Below, in pieces: positions 29,762-40,271 of a DNA stretch of 64,000 nucleotides. The stretch comes from Alphaproteobacteria bacterium (GTDB taxonomy: Bacteria; Pseudomonadota; Alphaproteobacteria; JBFXJJ01): the NCBI GenBank assembly GCA_050175015.1, contig JBFXJJ010000004.1:96001-160000 (forward strand), written 5' to 3'. Made by a program: the position numbers and the translations under genes. Below the pieces are notes generated by a model, which worked only from the letters and a program-made list of their open reading frames with translations, searched no databases and was not told the origin of the DNA. Within the stretch, counting starts at the first letter, position 1. Each line of letters opens with the position of its first letter.

Positions 29762-32215
29762 TTACTTAATTTTGTTAAGCAAATTACCAAAGCCCTTAGT
29801 TAAGTCATTAATAATTTCCTTAGCTTGCTCTGGAACTTTCTCTATAGTTTTGTTTATGGTCTCGTTTATACCTGAGGAATTACTACTGCTTTCTTTAGCT
29901 GTAGGAGTAAACTTCTTAGAAAAAACAGTTCCTTTTAAAGCGTTATAACATAAATCCTCATCTTCTGTCACAGTACCCGCAACAGCTTGTCCCAAAGCTG
30001 AAAGTCCGCCAGTTGCCAGTGCTGCACCAACGGTAACGGCCGTTTTAGCTGTATTCATCGCATCTAATGCTGTTTTTGGATTAGCAAACGTTCCTTTTAT
30101 TTTAATTAGCTTCGTAAAAGCCTGAGCCACACCTATTCTGACGCCTTTCTTAGCTTGCGGCATAAAAGAAATATCTAAGGTTTCATCACCTAAACCTATG
30201 CTTCCGCTCAATACAAAATTGGCAGCATCACTTTCAAGGACAATCCCCTTTTCTGTCTTAGCAACACCATCTTTAATATCTAATCTAATAACAGAGCATT
30301 TTGCTAATAACGCATCTTTTGTTGAAGAGCTTCCTAAAAGTCCTAAAAGTTCAGAAGTAATATCTTTCGTAAACCAGTTAAGGAAACTGCTGGACATTCT
30401 GGTTTCTTCTAACACGACTAAAACTGTGCCTTTCAGAGATGCTAGAATTGAGCGCAAACCATCTCCTCTGCCGGTCAGATTGATTTCTAAATCTGTCTTT
30501 CCACCTTCTGATACCTTAAAAGTATCGTTTCCGACATAAACATCTGGAATTAAAACACTTCTTCCCGATGCCTTAAATCTTAAATCTGCAATTGTTCCTG
30601 AAGAAGCGTTAAAAAGCAGAGACGTTTCAAACGAGCCTTCTCCAATATCAGCTTTAATGGCATTAATTCTAAAACTACCGTTATTAAGCCCTGTTTTTAT
30701 AGCAACTTTCTTTAAATTCTGCCCCTCTGGTAAAACTAAAGAAGCAATATTGTATGTCAAATTAACATTTCTTCCCTGAAATGCTTCAAAAGGAATCTTA
30801 ATATCGGGAATAACTCTATCAGACTTATTGTCCGTAGCTTGCTCGGTTTTAGCAACTTCTTGCTTTTCATCTTTTCCACCTTTCGCAGTAGCTTCTGTTG
30901 TGCCTGCAGAAACAAACTCTGTTAAATCTATTTTCTGAGATGTTAAATCAACGACAATATTCTTAAAATCTTTATCAAGCATAACCTTACCAGCTAAATC
31001 ACTAGCTCCAGCTGTTAGCTTAAGATTTTCAATATTAATTTTACTGCCACGATCTTTAACTTGTATCGATAAATCAAGCTTGCCCACTTTAGACAAGTCT
31101 TTTACAAACAAGTTTAAAAAATCACCCAATTTTTCGCTTTTAGCATCGACTTTAATATCGGCGCCCTTAAGAGCTATAACATCTTGAACCTTGCCTGAAA
31201 TATTAACATCTAAATCTTTAACACCCTTAAAGGCAACATTTAAACTGTCAACTCCAGCAGATAATGGTTCCACTGCTCCCGAGGCTTTAACAGCTAGATT
31301 TAAGCTGCCTATCTTCTCAGGAAGCCCAGCATTAACGCCCGCAAAATCAGCTACGCTTTTCACTTCTGGAACAGCAATATTAATCTTAGCATCAAAATTA
31401 GCTTTCTTTAATGGATCGATAACACTGCCATTAACTCCTAAATTCAACCCACCTGCGGTAAAAATTAAATCAATTGGATAAGGATTATCTCCACCGCTTA
31501 ACAATGATGATATTTGCCCAAGAGTACCAGAACCCTTGACTTGCTTACCATCAAAAACCACCTCAAAATCAAGTTCAAGCGGACTGTTTAGGCTCTCAGC
31601 TTTAAGCGCAAAATGATTAATGTTTAACTTATATTCCTGATTAGTTTGAGCATCAGAATAAAGAACTAGACCATCTTGAATAAGGAATTTTTTAATATCA
31701 ACATCTACAGGTAAAGGATTAGAATTTTTGCTTATTTCTTTGTTTTCTTCAATTTTTTCAGCCCCATCATCTTCAGTCTTCTGATCTGCACTAGAAGAAG
31801 CTCCATCTTCTTTTTTGGCTGCCATATCCCAGCCAGCATTGCCCGATGCGTCTTTTTCTAAATATATTTCTGGTCTAATGATTATAAATTTTGCAACTGA
31901 AATCTTTTTTGATAACAGAGGCAACAAAGAAAGTTTGGCTTCAATTCTTTCGGTTTTAACCATATCTTTGTTTTTAGCAAAATCAGCATTAGCAAATTTA
32001 ACACCACTAATAACGAGTGTTGGGTTTAAAGAAATTTTAAGTTCAATATTTCCGCTAATAACAAGCTCTCTGCCTGTTGCATCTTTAACTATTTTGGCAA
32101 TATCTGACTTATATTTATTAACATCTAAGTTTGATAAAAAATACCAACCAGCACCAATAGCTATAAACAAAACCGCCAAGGTCGTAATAAAAAATATTTT
32201 TATAAACTTTTTCAT
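29762..32215 (-). CDS. AsmA family protein
   Basis: N-terminal TM anchor, YK..I...VKDATGREL.I.G, LSLLPLL, beta-rich body and C-terminal IKGTFANP. Confidence 0.85.
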   Translation of the reverse strand: MKKFIKIFFITTLAVLFIAIGAGWYFLSNLDVNKYKSDIAKIVKDATGRELVISGNIELKISLNPTLVISGVKFANADFAKNKDMVKTERIEAKLSLLPLLSKKISVAKFIIIRPEIYLEKDASGNAGWDMAAKKEDGASSSADQKTEDDGAEKIEENKEISKNSNPLPVDVDIKKFLIQDGLVLYSDAQTNQEYKLNINHFALKAESLNSPLELDFEVVFDGKQVKGSGTLGQISSLLSGGDNPYPIDLIFTAGGLNLGVNGSVIDPLKKANFDAKINIAVPEVKSVADFAGVNAGLPEKIGSLNLAVKASGAVEPLSAGVDSLNVAFKGVKDLDVNISGKVQDVIALKGADIKVDAKSEKLGDFLNLFVKDLSKVGKLDLSIQVKDRGSKINIENLKLTAGASDLAGKVMLDKDFKNIVVDLTSQKIDLTEFVSAGTTEATAKGGKDEKQEVAKTEQATDNKSDRVIPDIKIPFEAFQGRNVNLTYNIASLVLPEGQNLKKVAIKTGLNNGSFRINAIKADIGEGSFETSLLFNASSGTIADLRFKASGRSVLIPDVYVGNDTFKVSEGGKTDLEINLTGRGDGLRSILASLKGTVLVVLEETRMSSSFLNWFTKDITSELLGLLGSSSTKDALLAKCSVIRLDIKDGVAKTEKGIVLESDAANFVLSGSIGLGDETLDISFMPQAKKGVRIGVAQAFTKLIKIKGTFANPKTALDAMNTAKTAVTVGAALATGGLSALGQAVAGTVTEDEDLCYNALKGTVFSKKFTPTAKESSSNSSGINETINKTIEKVPEQAKEIINDLTKGFGNLLNKIK

Positions 32216-32240
32216 TTCAATTATCCCTAAAATTTACTTT

Positions 32241-32909
32241 CTATTTCTCAACAAGTACATCAAACTTGTTTTTTAAATCTTCATAACTATCAGCTATTAT
32301 ACTAGCTCCTGCATTTAATAAAGCATTTGCATCATGATATCCCCAAGAGGCTCCTACCGATTTAGTTTTGGCATTTTTTGCCATCTGCATATCATAAATA
32401 CTATCCCCAATCATAATAATGTTAGAGCGATCAACCCCTGTTTCCCTAGCAACTTGATCAAGCATATCAGAATCTGGTTTTCCTTTACAAGTATCTGCGG
32501 TTTTTATCGAAATAAAACGGGATAAGATGTTAAAGGATCTAAGTGCGGTTTCAACACCTTTGCGAGAATTACCTGTTGCTATAGCCAAAAGAATATCTTT
32601 GTTTTCCAAAAAATCTAAAAAATCAAGAGCCCCTTCATACATAGGAGCAATATAATTTTCTCTGATATCATTAGCAAAAACTCTATAATCATCAGCTAGT
32701 TTAGATATATTAGCTTTTTCCTCAGGAAACAACTTCCCGATTGCATCTTCTAGAGACAAACCTATTCCCGAGATAATTTTTTTATCGCTAGGAACAGGCA
32801 GATTATTCTGTTTGCACATTTTTGTAATCGCCTCAATTACGATTGAAGCACTATTAACCAATGTACCGTCCACGTCAAAAACAGCACAGACCAGAGGTTT
32901 ATTGTCCAT
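32241..32909 (-). CDS. HAD-family hydrolase (phosphoglycolate phosphatase-like)
   Basis: FDVDGTLV, ATG, KP, MIGDS..D, WGY. Confidence 0.9.
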   Translation of the reverse strand: MDNKPLVCAVFDVDGTLVNSASIVIEAITKMCKQNNLPVPSDKKIISGIGLSLEDAIGKLFPEEKANISKLADDYRVFANDIRENYIAPMYEGALDFLDFLENKDILLAIATGNSRKGVETALRSFNILSRFISIKTADTCKGKPDSDMLDQVARETGVDRSNIIMIGDSIYDMQMAKNAKTKSVGASWGYHDANALLNAGASIIADSYEDLKNKFDVLVEK

Positions 32910-32924
32910 AATTCTTATTATTCC

Positions 32925-33908
32925 TTATTTAACCAATCTTAAAAACGGATCTTTGCCCGCATCTTCTTCATAAAAGCCTAAAACATCAAATGTTTTTTTT
33001 AGATGTTCTGGCATAGGCGCAATAACATCAATATCTTTTTTTGCAAATCCTGAAATTTTAATCGCCCTAGCGTGAAGATGCAATTTCTTATCTATCTGCT
33101 GCGGAATATCCATCTTTCCGCCGTATTTACCATCTCCAATAATAGGATTGCCGATTGCCGCCAAATGAACCCTTATTTGATGCTTACGTCCAGTTAAAGG
33201 AAGCAGTTCCAGCCAAGCTGCCTTTGTTCCTGCCGTAGAAATAACGTTATAATAGGTTACGGCCTTTTTACCATCTTCATCAGGAGCCATTTTTTCTTTT
33301 AAACTATCTGTTGTTTTATCAATGTTCAAATCTATTCTTCCCGAATCAATTTTAGGAACACCGTCAACAACTGCCCAATATATCTTCTTTATCTTTCGCT
33401 CTTTAAAACACTTAGAAAGCTTTGCCGCAGAATTAACATCTTTTGCAAGCACCATAACTCCGCTGGTATCTCGGTCTAGTCTATGAACTAAATGTGGCTT
33501 CTTTCCTTCTTCATTAACAAGACTGTCCAACAAGCCATCAATATGGCGAGAAATACCGCTGCCGCCTTGAACCGCAAGTCCAAAAGGCTTGTTAATTACT
33601 ATAATTTTTTTATCTTCATAAAGGATTAGGCTTTTTAAAAACTTTTCATCACTTTTGGAAACCGTTTTCACCACTTTTTCTGGCTTTTGATTATCAAGAG
33701 ACAGTAAACTTTCGGGATAAGTAACGACATCGTCTTTTACTACTTTAGCTCCGCCTTCAGCTTTGCCGCCATTAAGTTTTATGTCCTTTTTCCTAAGCAT
33801 TTTTTGAAACAATGTAACTGGAACTTCGGGCATAATTCTTTTTAAAATGCGATCAAGACGTGTGCCTTCATCATCTTGAGTTATAATATATGTTTCTATC
33901 TGTTTCAT
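32925..33908 (-). CDS. rluC: RluA-family 23S rRNA pseudouridine synthase (RluC-like)
   Basis: S4 domain (RLDR), NKP.GL.VQGG, VHRLDRDTSG, TGRKHQIRVH, PIIGDGKYG. Confidence 0.85.
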   Translation of the reverse strand: MKQIETYIITQDDEGTRLDRILKRIMPEVPVTLFQKMLRKKDIKLNGGKAEGGAKVVKDDVVTYPESLLSLDNQKPEKVVKTVSKSDEKFLKSLILYEDKKIIVINKPFGLAVQGGSGISRHIDGLLDSLVNEEGKKPHLVHRLDRDTSGVMVLAKDVNSAAKLSKCFKERKIKKIYWAVVDGVPKIDSGRIDLNIDKTTDSLKEKMAPDEDGKKAVTYYNVISTAGTKAAWLELLPLTGRKHQIRVHLAAIGNPIIGDGKYGGKMDIPQQIDKKLHLHARAIKISGFAKKDIDVIAPMPEHLKKTFDVLGFYEEDAGKDPFLRLVK

Positions 33909-35197
33909 TTATTTTCCCTTTGTTTTTCAAACCAGTTATATCTCTTAGCAACTTCTCTTTCAAAGCCTCTTTCTATAGGTTTGTAGAAGTTTTTTCTCGT
34001 CATGTCATCAGGAAAACAATTTTGTCCCGAGAAACCGTTAGGAGTATCGTGATCGTAAACATATCCTTTGTTATATCCTAAATCTTTCATCAGCGCCGTT
34101 GGAGCATTAAGAATATGCATCGGCGGCATAAGCGAACCTGTTTTTTTTGCCGTCTCTCTCGCCTCGTTATGGGCAGCATAAGCACTGTTAGATTTGGGAG
34201 ACGTTGCTAAATAAATAACCAACATACTAATCGCCAAATCGCCCTCTGGAGAGCCAAGTCTCTCATAAGCATTCCAAGCTACAATCGCCTGATTAATCGC
34301 CTCAGGATCCGCCAAACCAACATCTTCTGCCGCAAATCTCGTAAGCCTGCGCAGAATGTATCTGGGGTCTTCACCAGCATCAATCATACGAGCCACCCAA
34401 TATAAACTCGCATTGGTATCTGAACTGCGCAAAGACTTATGAAGAGCGCTCATTAAATTATAATGGCCATCGCCTGATTTATCAAAAACGGGAGAACGCT
34501 TATTTAAAAATTTTGTAACGTCTTTTTGATCTAAAAGCTTTGTCGTATCTTGAGAGGTAAAATCAAAAATGGTTTCCACCATATTCAAAAGAGTCCGCCC
34601 ATCACCATCAGCCATAGATAAAACCGCTTCTTTAGCAGCCTCATCTAGCGGTATTTTCCGACCTTTAAATTCTTCGGCTCTATCTATAAGTTTTTTTAAA
34701 GAATCCGCTCCCAGCCTTCTTAAAACCAAAACCTGACAACGTGAAAGCAAAGCAGCATTAAGCTCAAAAGACGGATTTTCTGTAGTTGCACCAACTAAAA
34801 TAATTGTGCCGTCCTCAATATACGGTAAGAAACTATCTTGTTGAGCCTTATTAAAACGATGAATTTCATCTACAAATAATAAAGTTTGTATGCCGTCTTT
34901 TTTCTTATCCTGAGCCTCTTTAAATACTTTTCTTAAATCGGCGACGCCAGAAAATATTGCGGACAAAGGCTCAAAATGCATTTCGTTTTCACCAGCAAGC
35001 AATCGAGCAATACTAGTCTTACCACAGCCCGCAGGTCCCCAAAGAATAAACGATGAAAAATGACCCGTTTGCATCATTAATCCAAGCGGAGCATCTTCTG
35101 CGGTCAGGTGTTCCTGCCCTACTATATTAGCCAGCGATTTAGGTCTTAAAATATCGGCTAGTGGTTTTTTTTCATCATTTTCTAATAAATTTTTCAA
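33905..35197 (-). CDS. rarA: Replication-associated recombination protein A
   Basis: PLAD.LRP, WGPAGCGKT, FVDEIHRFNKAQQD, ATTENPSF, SALHKSLR, SPKSN. Confidence 0.95.
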   Translation of the reverse strand: MKNLLENDEKKPLADILRPKSLANIVGQEHLTAEDAPLGLMMQTGHFSSFILWGPAGCGKTSIARLLAGENEMHFEPLSAIFSGVADLRKVFKEAQDKKKDGIQTLLFVDEIHRFNKAQQDSFLPYIEDGTIILVGATTENPSFELNAALLSRCQVLVLRRLGADSLKKLIDRAEEFKGRKIPLDEAAKEAVLSMADGDGRTLLNMVETIFDFTSQDTTKLLDQKDVTKFLNKRSPVFDKSGDGHYNLMSALHKSLRSSDTNASLYWVARMIDAGEDPRYILRRLTRFAAEDVGLADPEAINQAIVAWNAYERLGSPEGDLAISMLVIYLATSPKSNSAYAAHNEARETAKKTGSLMPPMHILNAPTALMKDLGYNKGYVYDHDTPNGFSGQNCFPDDMTRKNFYKPIERGFEREVAKRYNWFEKQRENK

Positions 35198-36579
35198 GGA
35201 CGCACCATAATTTCAAAAACTTTATTGCCTCTTTTTATCTTCAACGTCAAAATATCTAGTTTTTTCTGTGATATTTTGGCTAAATCCTTAACTTCTTTTA
35301 TCTTATAACCATTAATCGTATCAACAATATCGCCGTCTCTTAACCCTAATCTAGTTTGCGGTTCATTGATAACTAAAACGCCCTCTTCATCAAAATCTAG
35401 GGATTTCTCATAAATAACCGCAGGATTGATATTAGTAACCGTAATACCTCTAAATATCCCAGAAAGATCCTTAACGTCTCTTGCTGGTTCTTCTGGAGGC
35501 GGAATTAAAGCAACATCAAAACTTAAAGTATCTTTGCGCCTTAAAACTTCAATGCTAATTGTTCCCCCGACAGGCATCGTAACTAAACGATAATACATAT
35601 TTTCCAAATCATCAATCGGCTCACCACCAATTTTAGTGATAATATCTCCAACCATCAAACCTGCTTTTGCCGCAGGGCTTACTTTGTGCAGACGGCTTAT
35701 TAAAACTCCAGCCGCTCGATCTAAACCTAAAGTCGAGGCTATATCACCTGAAATGCTTTGCCCCGCAATTCCAAGCCAAGGTCTTATAACTTTCCCTGTT
35801 TTTAATATGCTATCCAAAGTTATCGCTACCAGATTAGATGGCGTTGCCATACCAACCCCACTGTTTTGACCGCTTTTTGATAAAATAATAGTTGGAACAC
35901 CAATTAACGTACCGTCCATAGCAACCAATGCTCCACCTGAATTGCCTGGATTAATTGCAGCATCTGTTTGAATATATGATCTAAAATCTCCCCTGCCTCC
36001 AGCAGCTCTGGCTTTGGCTGAAACAATACCACTGGTAACCGTTTGCCCGACGCCAAAAGGATTGCCGATAGCTAAAACTAAGTCTCCAACCTCTAAAGCA
36101 TCACTGTTTCCTATTTCCAAATAAGGAAGATCTTCGCCTTTGTTATCTATTTGTAAAATCGCCAGATCTGTTTTTTTATCTGTTCCTAAAACTTTAGCGG
36201 CAAATTCTCTTTTATCGTTAAGAGCGATAATAATCTCATCAGCCCCATCAATAACGTGATTATTAGTTACGACAACACCGTTAGCCCTCACAATTACGCC
36301 AGAACCTAACGATCTCTCAATATGATTCCTAATGAAACCGGTATCTGGCAAATCGCCAAAAAATTGATTAAGAAAAGAATCATTAAAAAAAAGCCCCATA
36401 CCTGACGTTCTAGTTTTAACAATCTTCTTAGTATAAATATTAACAACCGCAGGTGCTGATGTCTTAACTATAGGAGCATATGAAAATTGTATTTGTGCTT
36501 TTGTTTCAGGGACAACCTTTTGAGCTGAAACAGGTAATGGTAACAATAATCCTAAAAGTAATATTATCAATCTTAACAT
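35194..36579 (-). CDS. DegP/DegQ (HtrA) serine endoprotease
   Basis: SLGSGVI, TNNHV, TDLA, QTDAAINPGNSGG, two PDZ-like domains. Confidence 0.93.
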   Translation of the reverse strand: MLRLIILLLGLLLPLPVSAQKVVPETKAQIQFSYAPIVKTSAPAVVNIYTKKIVKTRTSGMGLFFNDSFLNQFFGDLPDTGFIRNHIERSLGSGVIVRANGVVVTNNHVIDGADEIIIALNDKREFAAKVLGTDKKTDLAILQIDNKGEDLPYLEIGNSDALEVGDLVLAIGNPFGVGQTVTSGIVSAKARAAGGRGDFRSYIQTDAAINPGNSGGALVAMDGTLIGVPTIILSKSGQNSGVGMATPSNLVAITLDSILKTGKVIRPWLGIAGQSISGDIASTLGLDRAAGVLISRLHKVSPAAKAGLMVGDIITKIGGEPIDDLENMYYRLVTMPVGGTISIEVLRRKDTLSFDVALIPPPEEPARDVKDLSGIFRGITVTNINPAVIYEKSLDFDEEGVLVINEPQTRLGLRDGDIVDTINGYKIKEVKDLAKISQKKLDILTLKIKRGNKVFEIMVRP

Positions 36580-36860
36580 TTCATTTGTAGCCTTATTTGT
36601 TTTTTAAAACGATTTGGGTTGTATTTTGTTTGCATATAATTCTATCAATTATAAGAAAAAATCAGGAATATTTAAGCTTTTTTTTAACCGTTAGAATAGA
36701 AGTCATTTAGAGGCTTTTTTTATTTCTGCCTTACGGCAAGTCTTAACAGATAAACTTTTAATTTTTATAAAAGTAAAATCTAAGCTTTTTTACATTGTCA
36801 TAATTTAAGTATAATTAAACGCAATATAATCTGCTGATTTATACCTTATCCTCAAAAAAC

Positions 36861-36896
36861 AAAAAGGTGATTTCTAAAAAAGAAACCACCTTTTTT
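36861..36896 (-). terminator. Intrinsic terminator after rplQ
   Basis: AAAAAGGTG.TTTC...GAAA.CACCTTTTT hairpin followed by a U-tract on the minus strand. Confidence 0.7.
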
Positions 36897-36916
36897 ATTA
36901 ACTTAAAAAGCTAAAA

Positions 36917-37342
36917 TTATTCGCCTGCTTTTTCCTCAGTCTTTTCATTAAGTTTAGGACCTGAATCTAAGCCTTTAGCATTAACATCACGGTCAACCAA
37001 CTCAATAATAGCCATTGGAGCACAATCTCCATAACGAAGACCTGCTTTTAATACTCTGGTATATCCACCATTACGTTCTTTATAACGTTCAGCTAAACCA
37101 GCAAAAAGCTTACGAACAACAGCCTGATCTTTAACAAAAGCTAAAGCTTGTCTTCTGTGATGCAAGGAGCCTTTTTTGCCAAGAGTAATCATCTTATCAG
37201 CAATGCTTTTAATTTCTTTTGCTTTAGGTAAAGTTGTTTTAATTTGTTCGTGTTTCAACAAAGCCGTAACTAAATTGGCAAACATAGCCTTACGGTGTGA
37301 TGAAGTGCGGCTAAACTTACGACCGCTAATTCCATGGCGCAT
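36917..37342 (-). CDS. rplQ: 50S ribosomal protein L17
   Basis: [19 protein letters not shown]. Confidence 0.98.
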   Translation of the reverse strand: MRHGISGRKFSRTSSHRKAMFANLVTALLKHEQIKTTLPKAKEIKSIADKMITLGKKGSLHHRRQALAFVKDQAVVRKLFAGLAERYKERNGGYTRVLKAGLRYGDCAPMAIIELVDRDVNAKGLDSGPKLNEKTEEKAGE

Positions 37343-37494
37343 TTTTAATCTCCTTTTTTCATATAACCAGTTTCGCTCACGAAACTTGATAACGCCTGCT
37401 TGAAAACCACAAGTATCTTCCTTGAGAGAATTCTAAGCTTGCCTCACTATGAGGCTTAACAGAAACAAAACTTATTTAGTGCTTCTGTAATAAA

Positions 37495-38511
37495 CTAAAA
37501 AGCATCTTCTACTTTTTTAGCTAAGTCTTCAATATTTTCTGGTGGCCAACCTTCAGTATCCATACCAAGGTGAAGCCCCATTTTTGCCAAAACTTCTTTA
37601 ATCTCATTAAGAGATTTACGTCCAAAGTTTGGTGTTCTAAGCATCTCAGCTTCAGTTTTCTGAACTAAATCACCAATATAAACAATATTGTCGTTTCTTA
37701 AGCAATTTGCAGAACGAACAGATAATTCAAGTTCTTCAACTTTGCATAATAAATGTTTATTAAATGGCAATTCATCCTTGTCTTCTTTTTCTTGAATTTC
37801 TTCAGGCTCTTCAAAATTAATGAACATTTTAAGCTGTTCTTGAAGAATTCTAGAAGCAAGAGCTACCGCATCTTCAGGTTTTACTGCACCATTCGTTTCA
37901 ACAAGCATTGAAAGCTTATCGTAGTCAGTAACCTGACCAACACGAGTGTTTTCAACTTTGTAAGAAACTTTTCTTACTGGACTGAAAATAGCATCAACAG
38001 GAATATATCCAATAGGAGCTTCTTCAAGACGATTTTGAGCAGCTAAAGTATAACCTTTTCCTGTACCAACATTAAGCTCCATATCCAAAGAAGCACCTTT
38101 GTCAAGCGTACAAATTACTTGGTCTGGGTTCATAATTTCAACATCATGACCTGTTTCAATCATTGATGCTGTAACTTCTATTGGACCATCAGCCTTAAGA
38201 TGCATACGTTTTGGATTTGTAGAATGAACTCTCAAAGCTATTGATTTAATGTTAAGAACGATATCTGTAACATCTTCTCTAACACCTTGAAGAGATGAAA
38301 ATTCATGCAAAACATTGTCAATATGAATGCCTGTAATAGCCCCACCCTGCAAAGAAGAAAGTAAAACTCTGCGTAAAGCATTACCAAGAGTAAGACCAAA
38401 GCCTCTCTCTAATGGTTCAACAACAATTTTAGCTTTACGTCCAGGATCTTCACCAGGAATGACTTCCATATTACTTGGTTTTATAAGTTCTAGCCAGTTG
38501 TTATGAATCAC
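37495..38511 (-). CDS. rpoA: RNA polymerase alpha subunit
   Basis: [39 protein letters not shown]. Start likely GTG at 38511. Confidence 0.98.
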   Translation of the reverse strand: MIHNNWLELIKPSNMEVIPGEDPGRKAKIVVEPLERGFGLTLGNALRRVLLSSLQGGAITGIHIDNVLHEFSSLQGVREDVTDIVLNIKSIALRVHSTNPKRMHLKADGPIEVTASMIETGHDVEIMNPDQVICTLDKGASLDMELNVGTGKGYTLAAQNRLEEAPIGYIPVDAIFSPVRKVSYKVENTRVGQVTDYDKLSMLVETNGAVKPEDAVALASRILQEQLKMFINFEEPEEIQEKEDKDELPFNKHLLCKVEELELSVRSANCLRNDNIVYIGDLVQKTEAEMLRTPNFGRKSLNEIKEVLAKMGLHLGMDTEGWPPENIEDLAKKVEDAF

Positions 38512-38605
38512 GAAACCTATCCTCACTATATAAAAGCGTTTAAAGCGTGTTTAAAACGCTTACAAAACTACCTATGGCAAATAAAAATTTGCCCCAAAGA
38601 AATAA

Positions 38606-38633
38606 GCCCGCCTTAAAAAACTTTAAGGCGAGT
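38606..38633 (-). terminator. Terminator-like hairpin between rpsK and rpoA
   Basis: Minus strand CUCGCCUUAAA...UUUAAGGCGGG followed by CUUAUUUCUUU. Confidence 0.5.
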
Positions 38634-38645
38634 TAATTTTAAGAA

Positions 38646-39038
38646 TTAAACACGGCGACGTTTACGAGGACGACAACCATTGTGTGGAATTGCTGTAACA
38701 TCTTTAATTGATGTAATAACAAATCCAACAGCCTGTAATGATCTTAAAGCTGCTTCTCTGCCTGAACCTGGACCTCTAACCATAACATCTAGGTTTTTCA
38801 TTCCATGTTCTGCTGCTTTTTTACCAGCGTCTTCGGCTGCAACCTGAGCTGCGTATGGAGTCGATTTACGAGATCCTTTAAAACCTTGAACCCCTGCTGT
38901 TGACCAAGAAATAACATTACCTTCGGTATCGGTGATTGTTACTCTTGTATTATTAAACGTAGAATTAACATGAGCTACACCCGATGTAATATTCTTACGT
39001 TCACGCCTTTTAGGTCTTTGTGCTACTGCTTTTGCCAT
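38646..39038 (-). CDS. rpsK: 30S ribosomal protein S11
   Basis: [32 protein letters not shown]. Confidence 0.98.
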   Translation of the reverse strand: MAKAVAQRPKRRERKNITSGVAHVNSTFNNTRVTITDTEGNVISWSTAGVQGFKGSRKSTPYAAQVAAEDAGKKAAEHGMKNLDVMVRGPGSGREAALRSLQAVGFVITSIKDVTAIPHNGCRPRKRRRV

Positions 39039-39086
39039 AAACCAGTCCGTTTCATTAAATTATTATCAAAAAATATTATCAAAAAA

Positions 39087-39458
39087 TTAAGCTTTTTTCT
39101 TACCTGCGATAGGTCTAGCTTTACCTTTACGAGTTCTTGCATTCGTATGAGTTCTCTGTCCACGAACAGGGAGTCCTTTACGATGTCTCAAACCTCTGTA
39201 ACAGCCAAGATCCATTAAACGTTTAATGTTAACCGCAATTTCACGGCGAACATCACCTTCAACGTGATATTCACTATCAATAAGCTCTCTAATTTTTAAA
39301 ACTTCATCATCAGAAAGCTGATTTACACGGCGTTCTTCAGGAATGCCGATTTTTGTGCAGATTTCTTCAGATTTTTTATCGCCTATACCATAAATATAGG
39401 TCAATGCAATTTTTACCCTCTTATTGGTGGGGATATTCACACCCGCTATACGTGCCAA
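39087..39458 (-). CDS. rpsM: 30S ribosomal protein S13
   Basis: [31 protein letters not shown]. Confidence 0.98.
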   Translation of the reverse strand: MARIAGVNIPTNKRVKIALTYIYGIGDKKSEEICTKIGIPEERRVNQLSDDEVLKIRELIDSEYHVEGDVRREIAVNIKRLMDLGCYRGLRHRKGLPVRGQRTHTNARTRKGKARPIAGKKKA

Positions 39459-39526
39459 AGTCTTTCTCCATAAACATAGTTTAGTATAAAATATTAAACT
39501 AAATATATACCCACTGAAACTGCGGG

Positions 39527-39554
39527 ATTATATGCGTTTTTTTTGTTATGTCAA
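39527..39554 (-). promoter_or_regulatory. Sigma70 promoter of the alpha operon
   Basis: TTGACA-N16-TATAAT on the minus strand, followed by a GC-rich discriminator (CCCGC). Confidence 0.75.
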
Positions 39555-39582
39555 CACTTATTATGCCAACATCCTTAATATG

Positions 39583-40269
39583 TCAACTCTCTTCGTGAAA
39601 ATTAATAACACTTCTTATTTTTTCAGCAACAGTTTCTATCGCTCCTGTGCCGTCAATACATTTTAACATACCTTTTTTTTCGTAATAAGGCAGAACAGGA
39701 AACGTAAGAGAACGATACTGCTCTAACCTTGCTTTTACTGTCTTACGATTATCATCAATGCGGCGCACAAAGTCTGTAGCCCCGCAAACGTCGCACATAC
39801 CATAGACCTTAGTCTTCTTAAATTTGTCATGATATGTTGCTCCGCATTTGATACAGGAGAACCTTCCTGTAATACGTTCAACAATAATTTCATCAGGAAC
39901 TTGAATATCAATAACATTATCTATTTTGATTTTCTTTTCCTTAAACATCCTATCTAAAGCTTCTGCTTGAGGAAGAGTTCTAGGGAATCCATCAAGAATA
40001 ACTCCCGACTCGCAACAAGCCTCTTCTAGCTTCTCAGAAATCAAACCTATACTTATATCATCTGGAACTAAATTGCCCTCATCAATAAGGGCCTTAGCTT
40101 TAAGACCAAGCTCTGTTCCCGCTTTGCCAGCGGCTCTAAACATTTCTCCTGTTGAAAGATGAATAGCTCCCGTTTCTTTTTGTAAGATCCGTGCCTGAGT
40201 ACCCTTTCCTCCTCCAGGAGGTCCCATTAGAATAATATGCATAGGATGTTTCTTATGTTTTAACGACAT
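39583..40269 (-). CDS. adk: Adenylate kinase (four-Cys LID)
   Basis: GPPGGGKGTQA, LDGFPRT, LID CIKC...CDVC. Confidence 0.95.
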   Translation of the reverse strand: MSLKHKKHPMHIILMGPPGGGKGTQARILQKETGAIHLSTGEMFRAAGKAGTELGLKAKALIDEGNLVPDDISIGLISEKLEEACCESGVILDGFPRTLPQAEALDRMFKEKKIKIDNVIDIQVPDEIIVERITGRFSCIKCGATYHDKFKKTKVYGMCDVCGATDFVRRIDDNRKTVKARLEQYRSLTFPVLPYYEKKGMLKCIDGTGAIETVAEKIRSVINFHEES

Positions 40270-40271
40270 TG

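Noticed and set aside
36690-36750. Possible fluoride riboswitch upstream of degP (minus-strand AAUGACUUC and a GCC-GUAA-GGC hairpin)
   Set aside because: The 5' GAUGRAGU pseudoknot partner and P1 stem are absent and there is no crcB downstream. Only a small GNRA hairpin remains.
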